DNA of 64,000 bases from an uncultured Acidobacteriaceae bacterium (lineage in GTDB: Bacteria > Acidobacteriota > Terriglobia > Terriglobales > Acidobacteriaceae). The notes below the pieces were generated by a model. That model had not been told where the DNA came from, did not search any database, and worked only from the letters and a program-made list of their open reading frames with translations. How positions within the stretch are numbered: the first letter of the stretch is position 1; every line of letters starts with the position of its first letter. Below are positions 8,754 to 16,629 of the stretch, in pieces. A program made the position numbers and the translations under genes. The stretch lies in the NCBI GenBank assembly GCA_963715965.1, contig CAVQSN010000001.1, positions 809,736 to 873,735 on the forward strand. The letters run 5' to 3'.

Positions 8754-10430
8754 TCAGTTCAGCTTTCTTTCATGGAGCCAGCCTTGCACCAGCCGGCTGG
8801 CGGCGGCCGGCTCGGCTTTGATTTTGTCGGCGAGCTCTTTTTTCAACGCTCCGGCGCGCTTGGCTTCGTCGCTCGCCTGCGGAAGGTCGGCGAGCACGCC
8901 TGCGGAGCCCGCTCCCGCCAGCGACTGCGTTAGGCGCGACGGAATCTGCTGGAAGGCGGCGATCGCCTGTTTCTTGACCGGATTCAGCACCAGCGCATAA
9001 ACGAGCAAGAACAGCAGCGTGATGCCCACATAGCGCATCGCCCCATACCAGGGCCGCAGGAGCAGGCGATATCTGTCGAGCTTGCCCGGCGCCACGGGGA
9101 TCTCAACCGGAGCCGTCTGGAACGAGAGGTTCTCAACCGCCAGCAGGTCCCCGCGCTGGTCGTCGACCCCGATGGCCGCGCGCGCCAGCTTTTCGATGGC
9201 CTGCATTTCTTCCGGAGTGCGCTTGCGCCGGCCCGAGGACGGCTTGCCGTTTTCCGCCTTGCCCTCGTTGCCCGGTTCCACCATCGCGTCGTCGATCAGC
9301 ACCGATGCCGTGATGCGGTGCACGCGCCCCGCCGGGTTTACCACGTGGCGGATATTCTTGCTGACCGCGAAAGTGGAGCTGTCGGATTTCGAACTCTGAT
9401 TGTCGAGCGTTGACAGCAAGCCTGAAACCGACGCCCCGGAACTGGCCGTGCCCGAAGCCTTGCCGCTCGCCGTGGCCGCGCCGCTGCCGGGAACGTTGCT
9501 CGTCACCCCCGGAACTCCCGCCGGATTCCCCCCGCCCGCCAGCTCTTCGGAATGCTGCTGGGCGAGCGTGGCGGCCGCTTTGGGGTCGTAGATTTCGGAG
9601 GATTCCTCGCTGCTGCTCAGGTCGTAGTCCACGTGTACGCTGGCGCGCACATGCTCGGCGCCCACGACCGGCTCGATGGCATGCACCGCGGCCGCCGCCA
9701 GTTCCTCGTCCGAGTCAAACGACGCCCTGCCGGAAGGACCTTTCCGCGCCAGAAACGACTGCGCCGTCTCGGCGTCGACCACCGTCACGTTTTCCGGCCG
9801 CAGGCCGTCGACCGCGCTCGCCACCAGTTGCGGAATGGCTTGCTGTGCTTCGCGGGAAAGGGCGCCGTTGCGTGTCTTCACAATGACTGCCGCTTTGGAC
9901 TCGCGCTCCTGCTCGCTGAACAGCGATTCGCGCGGCAGCACCAGGTGGACACGCACGGCTTCGATTTCGCCGAGCGTCTGCAGCGTGCGTTCCAGTTCCC
10001 CTTCGAGAGCGCGCTGGTAATTCACTCTTTCGCTGAAATCCGATCCCGCCCAGTTCGGCGTGTCAAACAGTTCAAAGCCCAGGCGGGCATTGCGCGGCAA
10101 ACCCTGCGCTGCCGTTTCCAGACGCGCGGTATCGAGCTTGTCGGAGGGAACGAGCACGCTGCCGCCGTCGGGAGAAATCTCGTAGGCGATATTCTTGGCC
10201 GCCAGACGGCTTCCCATCGCCTGCGCGTCGCCGCTTTTGAGCCCCGAGTAAAGAACCACGTTCCTGCCGTTGCCGAGCATGCCCACGAAGAACCACAGGA
10301 TCAGCCCGACGGCCCCCGCGCCGCCCGCCAGCAGGGCTTTCTGCTGCAGGCTCAGGCCGCGCAGGAAATCCCGGATTTGTTGAAGGCCGTCGTTCAAGGT
10401 TCCGGACTCCTGCCGCAAGAGACGATCCAC
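8754..10430 (-). CDS. fliF: flagellar M-ring protein FliF
   Basis: 558 aa. N-terminal TM segment, YscJ/FliF ring domains, C-terminal TM segment and FliG-binding tail. Confidence 0.93.
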   Translation of the reverse strand: MDRLLRQESGTLNDGLQQIRDFLRGLSLQQKALLAGGAGAVGLILWFFVGMLGNGRNVVLYSGLKSGDAQAMGSRLAAKNIAYEISPDGGSVLVPSDKLDTARLETAAQGLPRNARLGFELFDTPNWAGSDFSERVNYQRALEGELERTLQTLGEIEAVRVHLVLPRESLFSEQERESKAAVIVKTRNGALSREAQQAIPQLVASAVDGLRPENVTVVDAETAQSFLARKGPSGRASFDSDEELAAAAVHAIEPVVGAEHVRASVHVDYDLSSSEESSEIYDPKAAATLAQQHSEELAGGGNPAGVPGVTSNVPGSGAATASGKASGTASSGASVSGLLSTLDNQSSKSDSSTFAVSKNIRHVVNPAGRVHRITASVLIDDAMVEPGNEGKAENGKPSSGRRKRTPEEMQAIEKLARAAIGVDDQRGDLLAVENLSFQTAPVEIPVAPGKLDRYRLLLRPWYGAMRYVGITLLFLLVYALVLNPVKKQAIAAFQQIPSRLTQSLAGAGSAGVLADLPQASDEAKRAGALKKELADKIKAEPAAASRLVQGWLHERKLN

Positions 10431-10453
10431 GCCTCACCGTGCGTGCGCCACCT

Positions 10454-10747
10454 TCAGAACTGCATGTTCGAGATCTGCTGGTAGGCCTGCACAATTTTGT
10501 TCCGCACCTGCATCATCAGCTGAAACGAGAGGTCGGCTTTTTCCACCGCGATCATGGCGCTGTGCAGATCCGCGCCCTTGCCATTGAGCAACTGCGCTAC
10601 CTGGATCGCGGCCTCGCCCTGCGCGCCCTCGACCTGATCCATCGACTGCTGCAGGGTTTCGAGAAACTTTCCACCCTCGTTGTCGCCCGCCTGCGTTGGA
10701 TGGACCTCGGCGGGAAGAATGCGAATCGACGAAATTGAAGAATTCAT
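10454..10747 (-). CDS. fliE: flagellar hook-basal body complex protein FliE
   Basis: 97 aa. C-terminal SFQLMMQVRNKIVQAYQQISNMQF is the typical FliE end. AGGAGG SD. Confidence 0.9.
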   Translation of the reverse strand: MNSSISSIRILPAEVHPTQAGDNEGGKFLETLQQSMDQVEGAQGEAAIQVAQLLNGKGADLHSAMIAVEKADLSFQLMMQVRNKIVQAYQQISNMQF

Positions 10748-10776
10748 ACCTGAGCCTCCTCTCTTGCGGCCCGCGA

Positions 10777-10792
10777 TGCGCCGGTGGCGCCA
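10777..10792 (-). promoter_or_regulatory. candidate sigma-54 (-24/-12) promoter upstream of fliE
   Basis: Minus strand reads TGGCGCCACCGGCGCA. GG and GC sit at the consensus spacing of TGGCACG-N4-TTGCW. About 19 nt upstream of the fliE SD, inside a cluster that encodes two sigma-54 activators. Confidence 0.35.
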
Positions 10793-10805
10793 GACTGGTC
10801 TTGTC

Positions 10806-11243
10806 CTAGCGCAGCAGATCGAGCGACTGCGTAATCATGTTCTTCGTCGCTTGCACCGCCGACGCGTTCAGCTCGTAAGCGCGTACCGAGCCCAGCAAGT
10901 CGGTCATCTCCTCGATGGGATCGATCGGGGGGTACGCGACATAGCCTTCGGAGTTCGCGTCGGGATGCCCCGGTTCGAAGCGCATCACGGGCGGCCGCGG
11001 ATCGGCAACCACCGCCGCCACGCGCACCGCCACTGCATTTTCGCGCGCTAAGTCTCCGGCGAGAGCGAGTGAAAATCTGGGCGTGCGCTGCGCCTGAAAC
11101 ACGACCATCTGGCGGCGATACGGGCCGCCCGCCGGAGTCCGCGTGGTTTGCGCGTTCGCCATGTTGCTGGCGACCACCTCCGCCCGCTGCCGCTCCGCCC
11201 CGAGCGCCGAGCCGCTCAGTTCCAGCATGCCCAACAGGTTCAT
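10806..11243 (-). CDS. flgC: flagellar basal-body rod protein FlgC
   Basis: 145 aa. SNMANAQTTRTP motif. C-terminal rod-protein heptads. Confidence 0.93.
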   Translation of the reverse strand: MNLLGMLELSGSALGAERQRAEVVASNMANAQTTRTPAGGPYRRQMVVFQAQRTPRFSLALAGDLARENAVAVRVAAVVADPRPPVMRFEPGHPDANSEGYVAYPPIDPIEEMTDLLGSVRAYELNASAVQATKNMITQSLDLLR

Positions 11244-11629
11244 GACGCGCTCCCTCCTCCGCTGATCGCGCTCGACAGGCGGTGAAACTCCGCCTTCAGA
11301 AACGCCACCGCCACCGTGAAGCGCAACTGGTTCTCGGCCAGCAACAGCGATTCGCGCTCGACCGAAACATTGTTTCCGTCGGGACGTTCGAGCAACCCGC
11401 GCACCGGGCGCGCCACCGGGGTAAACTCCGCCCGCGACATCCCGTCCGGGGAATCCTCGCCGCCCGACATCGACTGTTCGATTTCGCCGGCGAACTCGCG
11501 CACGTCGCGCGTGCGGTAGCCCGGGGTATCGACGTTCGCCAGGTTCGAGGTAAGAATCTGATGGCGGAACGCGCTCACGTCAAGTACACGCTCCAGCCCG
11601 CGCAGCAGTGGAGTATCGATCATGGACAT
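11240..11629 (-). CDS. flgB: flagellar basal-body rod protein FlgB
   Basis: 129 aa. SNLANVDTPGYR motif. AAGGAG SD 6 nt upstream. 4-nt overlap with flgC. Confidence 0.92.
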   Translation of the reverse strand: MSMIDTPLLRGLERVLDVSAFRHQILTSNLANVDTPGYRTRDVREFAGEIEQSMSGGEDSPDGMSRAEFTPVARPVRGLLERPDGNNVSVERESLLLAENQLRFTVAVAFLKAEFHRLSSAISGGGSAS

Positions 11630-13074
11630 GGTTGCTCCTTGCCAGGTTCCGGCTTCGCCGCCAGCTCCCGGCCGCGAAGACTGTTCCGGGAAAGATCGTT
11701 CTGATCAAGACGGTTACGGTAGTCGTTCCGCGGCGGCAGGCCGAATTCGCGGACCTTATTGCGCACCGTGCGCAGGCTCACGCCCAGCAACTCCGCCGCG
11801 CGCGCCCGGTTCCCTCCCGTGGCGTCCAGTGTCAGGGCAAAGAGCTGCCGCTCCATCTCGCCGAGGGACAGGCCCGGCCGCCAGTCAGGGGATGGCATCG
11901 GCAGAACGGTTGCCGGCTGGGGCTGGCTCTTTGCCGCGAACTGTTTTCCGTGCTCGAACGCTTCGACGCCAATTTCACCGCCGCGCGATAAAGCGACCGC
12001 CCGCCGCACGAAGTTCGCCAGTTCGCGCACATTGCCCGGCCAGGCGTGCGTTTCGAGCCGCTGGACCAGTTCGGGCGAAAACCGCGGACTCGCTCCTGGC
12101 GCGTCCCCCTCCGCCGAGAACCGACCGGCGAAATACTCGGCCAGTTTCCGGATGTCGCCCGCGCGCTCGCGCAGCGGCGGCAGCGTCAGCGGAATCACGT
12201 TGAGACGGTAGTACAGATCGGCGCGGAAACGGCCTTCGGCGACCGCGCCTTCGAGCGAGCGGTTGGTGGTGGCGATGACCCGGATATCGACGCGCACCGT
12301 CTGGTTCGATCCCAGGCGGTCAAACTCGCGCTCCTGCAGCGCGCGCAGCAGTTTCGGCTGCAAGGCCAGCGGCATTTCTCCCACTTCGTCCAGCAGCAGC
12401 GTGCCGCCATGGGCCATCTCGAACTTGCCGGGACGAGCGCCCACCGCTCCCGTGAAGGCGCCGCGAGCGTGGCCAAACAGTTCGCTTTCGAGCAAGGTCT
12501 CGGGAAACGCGGTGCAGTTCAAGGCCACGAACGGTCCCGGCTGGCGGCGGCTGAGGCGGTGGATGAGGCGGGCGATCAACTCCTTGCCGGTGCCGCTCTC
12601 GGCCTCGATCAGAATGTCGGCGTCGGTCGCGGCCGCTTGCCGCGCGCGTTCGAGCGCCAGTTCCCAGGCCGGAGACTGCCCGATCAGGGTTTCCGCGTCT
12701 TTGCCGGAATGCCCGGCGCGGCGCAACACCTGCTCGACGGCCAGTTCCAGTTTCTCGAAGCAGACCGGCTTGACCAGATAATCGCAGGCCCCGTTGCGCA
12801 TGGCTTCGACCGCGTCCGGCACGCAGCCGTAGGCGGTCAGCAGAATCACGGCCGTGCGCGCCGACGAAGTTTGCACCTCGCGCATCAGCGCAAAGCCGTC
12901 GCGGCCGGGCATGCGCACGTCGGTGATGACAAGGGAATGCTGTCCGGGGCGAAATTTGGCCAGTGCTTCCGTGCCGTCGACGGCCACATCGACCAGCCAG
13001 CCACGGCGCTGGAAGCGCGTTTCGAGCGCCGCCCGCATGCCCGCATCGTCGTCGGCAATCAGCAGGCGCTTCAT
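11620..13074 (-). CDS. sigma-54-dependent response regulator (FleR/FlrC-like): receiver + AAA+ + Fis-type HTH
   Basis: Starts MKRLLIADDDAGMRAAL. Phospho-acceptor context VITDVRMPG. GAFTGA loop, GNVRELANFV, C-terminal HTH GGNRARAAELLGVSLRTVRNKVREFGL. ATGA start/stop overlap with the upstream kinase. The ORF track extends to 13191. Confidence 0.9.
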   Translation of the reverse strand: MKRLLIADDDAGMRAALETRFQRRGWLVDVAVDGTEALAKFRPGQHSLVITDVRMPGRDGFALMREVQTSSARTAVILLTAYGCVPDAVEAMRNGACDYLVKPVCFEKLELAVEQVLRRAGHSGKDAETLIGQSPAWELALERARQAAATDADILIEAESGTGKELIARLIHRLSRRQPGPFVALNCTAFPETLLESELFGHARGAFTGAVGARPGKFEMAHGGTLLLDEVGEMPLALQPKLLRALQEREFDRLGSNQTVRVDIRVIATTNRSLEGAVAEGRFRADLYYRLNVIPLTLPPLRERAGDIRKLAEYFAGRFSAEGDAPGASPRFSPELVQRLETHAWPGNVRELANFVRRAVALSRGGEIGVEAFEHGKQFAAKSQPQPATVLPMPSPDWRPGLSLGEMERQLFALTLDATGGNRARAAELLGVSLRTVRNKVREFGLPPRNDYRNRLDQNDLSRNSLRGRELAAKPEPGKEQPCP

Positions 13075-14477
13075 CGCAGGCCTCCGGCATTCCCGCTGGT
13101 CTCCGCCCCGCGAGCGAACACAACCTCCACTGGCTCCTCGGTCAAATCGGCCGATCCAAGATGTGCAGAGAGAACCTGCGTGGATGAACAATTCTTCATG
13201 CCCGGAAGGCGCAGCCGGAACGTGGCGCCGTAACCCGGACGGCTTTCCGCGGCAATCACCCCGCGGTGCTGTTCGACAATGCGGCGGCAGACGGCGAGCC
13301 CCAGTCCCGAACTTCCCGGCCGGGTGCTGAATCCCGCTTCAAAAATGCGCGCCAGGTTGTCCGGCGCAATGCCGGGTCCGGTGTCGCGCAGCGAGATCTC
13401 CACGGCGCTGCACTCGATTTCCGGCCCATCGTTCCGATGCGCCGGATCCACACCCTGGCTTCCCGCCGAATCTCCCACCGGAACTTCGAACGCAGCGCAC
13501 TCGGCGCCGCGAATCGCCAGCCATCCGCCCCCCGGCATGAAGCGGAAGGCATTGAGCGCGAGGTTCAGCAACACCTGTTCCAGGCGGTGCCGATCGGCGG
13601 GAATCATGACGCCGTGAAGACCGTTGATCACCTGCAGTTCGACGCGCGCCTGCCGTGCCAGCGGCAACAGAAAGTCGTAGGCCCAGTCGAGCAATTGCCC
13701 CGCATCGGTCGGCCGGAGTTCGGGTTCCGGTGTGTTGTGCAGATGCAGAACGTTGTTGACGGTGGCTGAAAGCGTGCGCAGGCCCGCCTGGACGTGCTCG
13801 ATCCAACGCCTGCTCTCCCCTTCGAGATTGGCTTCCGCCAGCAATCCTGCGAACAGTTCGAGGCTCCCCAGAGGATTGCGGATCTCATGCGCCAGCAGCG
13901 CCGACATCTCGACCAGCGCCTGCTGCCGCCGCAACCGCTCCCGCTCCTGTTCCAGCTTCTTCGCCTCGCTGACATCGCGCAGAATGAAGATCGAAGTCGC
14001 GGGCGCCGGACTCGGCTCCAGCCACGCGTGCCGAATGGCCACCCAGACGGGACTCGCGCCCGGAATTCTCCATTCACATTCTTCACCCGTCTGCTGCGCT
14101 CGATCCAGCGCCTCCGAAAGCTGGTTCGGCAACCCAGGGACCGTATCGAAACTGCCGCCCGCCAGTCGCACGGCCTCGGGGTTGAGCGTTGCAATCCTCG
14201 AACCCGCTTCGACCACCAGAACCCCGCAAGGCAAACCCTCGAGAATGCGGCGCAGGCGTTCGCGGATGCGGCGGTTTTCCTCCAGACTGCTGGCCAAATC
14301 GCGATTCGTGACCTCCAGTTCCTGGCGGAGATGGGCCACCTGGCCATGCAGTTGCCCATACGTACGCTCGAGCGAACCGGCGGCCTCGGTGAATGACGCA
14401 AAAGCGCGGGCCAGCGGATGGTCGAGGTTGCCGGCCGAATCGCGCGGTGTGGGAACATTAGCGGTCATGAAATTCAC
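13071..14477 (-). CDS. PAS-type sensor histidine kinase (FleS/FlrB-like), cognate to the downstream regulator
   Basis: H-box SALLAHEIRNPLGS. HATPase_c motifs DTGPGI and GLGLAVCRRIV. The start is either GTG 14477 or ATG 14468. Confidence 0.88.
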   Translation of the reverse strand: MNFMTANVPTPRDSAGNLDHPLARAFASFTEAAGSLERTYGQLHGQVAHLRQELEVTNRDLASSLEENRRIRERLRRILEGLPCGVLVVEAGSRIATLNPEAVRLAGGSFDTVPGLPNQLSEALDRAQQTGEECEWRIPGASPVWVAIRHAWLEPSPAPATSIFILRDVSEAKKLEQERERLRRQQALVEMSALLAHEIRNPLGSLELFAGLLAEANLEGESRRWIEHVQAGLRTLSATVNNVLHLHNTPEPELRPTDAGQLLDWAYDFLLPLARQARVELQVINGLHGVMIPADRHRLEQVLLNLALNAFRFMPGGGWLAIRGAECAAFEVPVGDSAGSQGVDPAHRNDGPEIECSAVEISLRDTGPGIAPDNLARIFEAGFSTRPGSSGLGLAVCRRIVEQHRGVIAAESRPGYGATFRLRLPGMKNCSSTQVLSAHLGSADLTEEPVEVVFARGAETSGNAGGLR

Positions 14478-14637
14478 CCTGCAACGCCGTTACCAGCCCG
14501 GCATAAATTGCCTTAGAACGCGCTTATGCCGGATGCCTTGGTAGACGGCCTTCTGCACCTTGCCGATGGTTACCGTAAACAACGCCGCAACTGTTTCATG
14601 GGGGCGTGCAGGTTCGATTTGAAAAATTTACGGCACT

Positions 14638-15861
14638 CTAGCGCAAGACGCCGCCGCTGGAATCCGAAAACAAAAGATGCTCGGGCAGAATCATGGTGTG
14701 CTCCCCGGAGAGGATCAGCGCGCGTTCGATCACGTTCTGCAGTTCGCGAATGTTTCCCGCCCAGGGCTGCGTCTTCAGCAGTTGCAGCGCGGCCGCGGAC
14801 AATTCCGGAGCAGGCAGATGCCAGGCGCACTTGGCGAGAAAATGCTCGGCGAGTTGCCCGATGTCTTCCGGGCGGTCGCGCAACGGCGGAATCTCGATCG
14901 GGAAACCGCAGAGCCGGTAATACAGATCTTCGCGAAACTTTCCCTCGCGCACCAAAGACAGCAGATGCGCATTCGTGGCGGAGACGACCCGGGCATCCAC
15001 CCGCACCAGTTCGGCGCTGCCCAGGCGCTGTATTTCTTTTTGTTCCAGAAAACGGAGCAGCTTGGGCTGCAGGCTCAGCGGCATTTCTCCGATTTCATCG
15101 AGAAACAAGGTTCCCCCTTGCGCTGCCTGGATTCTTCCCGCATACGACTGCACCGACCCGGTGAAAGCGCCGCGCGCGTAACCGAATAGTTCGGCTTCCA
15201 GCATGGTCTCGGGGATGGCGGCGCAGTTGACGACCGCAAACCCGCGCGCCGAGCGCGGACTCAACTGATGGATCGCCAGCGCCACGACCTCTTTGCCACT
15301 GCCGGTCGGCCCGGTGATCAGCACGGTCGTGTCGCGCGGCGCCAGCAGCCGCGCCAGGCGGTACACGGGCTGCATGACTAGCGAGTTGCCGACCATCCCA
15401 GGTAGCGGGGCTGCACAGTTCGAAAAGGAGTCTGAGACAGCCTTACGGACGGGCGCATGGTCGCCGCACTCGCTGTTCGCCCTCTCGTCGTCCCGCTGGC
15501 CACTCCATTCCCGGCTCTCTGCCTGTCGTAGCGCGGGCCACGCTTCCGCGAGCATATCCTTTTCTCTGTCCGCCACCGCGCCAGCATCGCCGTCGAGCAG
15601 CACAACTTCAATTTCGGGAAAACGACGCCGGACAGTGTGGCTCAGTTCCTCGGCGTCGAGGTCGGGCAGCTGCCGGTCCAGAAAAAGCACCTGCCAAAAG
15701 CCGCTTTCCAAATGCACCAGTGCCTCGGCGCCTCCCGCTGCCTGTTCAAAACAGCGGGCGGGGGAACGTAGACTCTCGAGGACGCGCTCTCGCACCACGG
15801 TACTGGGACTGGCCACCAGGACGTGATTCGCGTAATTGGGTGGGACCGGTAGACTCGTCAT
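14638..15861 (-). CDS. sigma-54 activator with atypical receiver-like N-domain and no C-terminal DNA-binding domain
   Basis: Walker A GPTGSGKE, ARGAFTGS loop, GNIRELQNVIERA. The ORF stops about 25 aa after that motif (…LLFSDSSGGVLR*). Confidence 0.85.
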   Translation of the reverse strand: MTSLPVPPNYANHVLVASPSTVVRERVLESLRSPARCFEQAAGGAEALVHLESGFWQVLFLDRQLPDLDAEELSHTVRRRFPEIEVVLLDGDAGAVADREKDMLAEAWPALRQAESREWSGQRDDERANSECGDHAPVRKAVSDSFSNCAAPLPGMVGNSLVMQPVYRLARLLAPRDTTVLITGPTGSGKEVVALAIHQLSPRSARGFAVVNCAAIPETMLEAELFGYARGAFTGSVQSYAGRIQAAQGGTLFLDEIGEMPLSLQPKLLRFLEQKEIQRLGSAELVRVDARVVSATNAHLLSLVREGKFREDLYYRLCGFPIEIPPLRDRPEDIGQLAEHFLAKCAWHLPAPELSAAALQLLKTQPWAGNIRELQNVIERALILSGEHTMILPEHLLFSDSSGGVLR

Positions 15862-16103
15862 ATCGACGATTCAAAACGATCCTCATTAAAACGACGTTAG
15901 TTAAAGATTAGAAAGCTCTATTCGGAAGGAAACTATCGTGTACCGCGAGCGGCAAATCTTGCTTTACAGATGCGTTTCTGGCTGGCACCCTGCATTTTCT
16001 ACCGGGAGGAGTTCGGGGCGGACTCCGTGTCACGGGTCGAACGCCGCCAGTCGTCTGAGAATTCCACTGGCTTTCGCGGCTCGAAGCTCGGAGCGCCGTT
16101 CAC

Positions 16104-16625
16104 TTACTCGACAATCGCCAGCACGTCTCCAGGGTTTACGGCCGCACCCGCGCTCGCGCAGATTTTTTTCACCACCCCTTTTTTGGGCGACTTGATTTCG
16201 TTCTGCATTTTCATCGCTTCGACGACGACGATACCCTGCCCAGCCTCGACTTCGGAACCCTCCGCCACCAGCAGGCGCACCACGCGTCCTGGCATCGGGG
16301 CAACGATCTTCTTTGGTCCCTTCTCGTCTCCGCCGGCCTTTTGCCGCGAGCGCAGCGACCGCGGATCGCGCATCTCCACCGCAAAACGCGCACTCCCCAC
16401 CCACATATGGAGGTCGGTTGCGGTCTGCTCGCGCTTGATCTCGTAAGCGTGTCCATCAATGAGCAGGGACAAAACGTCGCGCCGCGGAATCACCGCGTCA
16501 ATGTGAACCGTTTGCCCGTCCAGTCGGCACGCCCATCCGCCGCCGGCAATTTTCTCCAGCTCCAGACGGCGCGGCTTTCCGTTATCCTTGCCAGCCGGTC
16601 CTCCGACGATGATCTCGTAAACCAT
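16104..16625 (-). CDS. biotin carboxyl carrier (biotinyl/lipoyl) domain protein
   Basis: Starts MVYEIIV. C-terminal EAMKMQNEI biotinylation motif. ATG lies 4 nt after the biotin carboxylase stop. The ORF track's 294-aa extension overlaps the upstream gene and is not protein-like. Confidence 0.85.
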   Translation of the reverse strand: MVYEIIVGGPAGKDNGKPRRLELEKIAGGGWACRLDGQTVHIDAVIPRRDVLSLLIDGHAYEIKREQTATDLHMWVGSARFAVEMRDPRSLRSRQKAGGDEKGPKKIVAPMPGRVVRLLVAEGSEVEAGQGIVVVEAMKMQNEIKSPKKGVVKKICASAGAAVNPGDVLAIVE

Positions 16626-16629
16626 ACGT

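Noticed and set aside
14478-14640. Possible out-of-frame remnant of an HTH_8 domain (…VAALFTVTIGKVQKAVYQGIRHKRVLRQF…) downstream of the HTH-less activator
   Set aside because: The similarity to the Fis-type HTH needs two single-residue gaps. The frame is separated from the gene by stop codons in both relevant frames, so this is not a simple sequencing frameshift. It cannot be judged without an HMM search.
15983-15998. Plus-strand TGGCACCCTGCATTTT between the BCCP gene and the activator gene
   Set aside because: The GG-to-GC spacing is too short for a sigma-54 promoter, and the element is on the non-coding strand.
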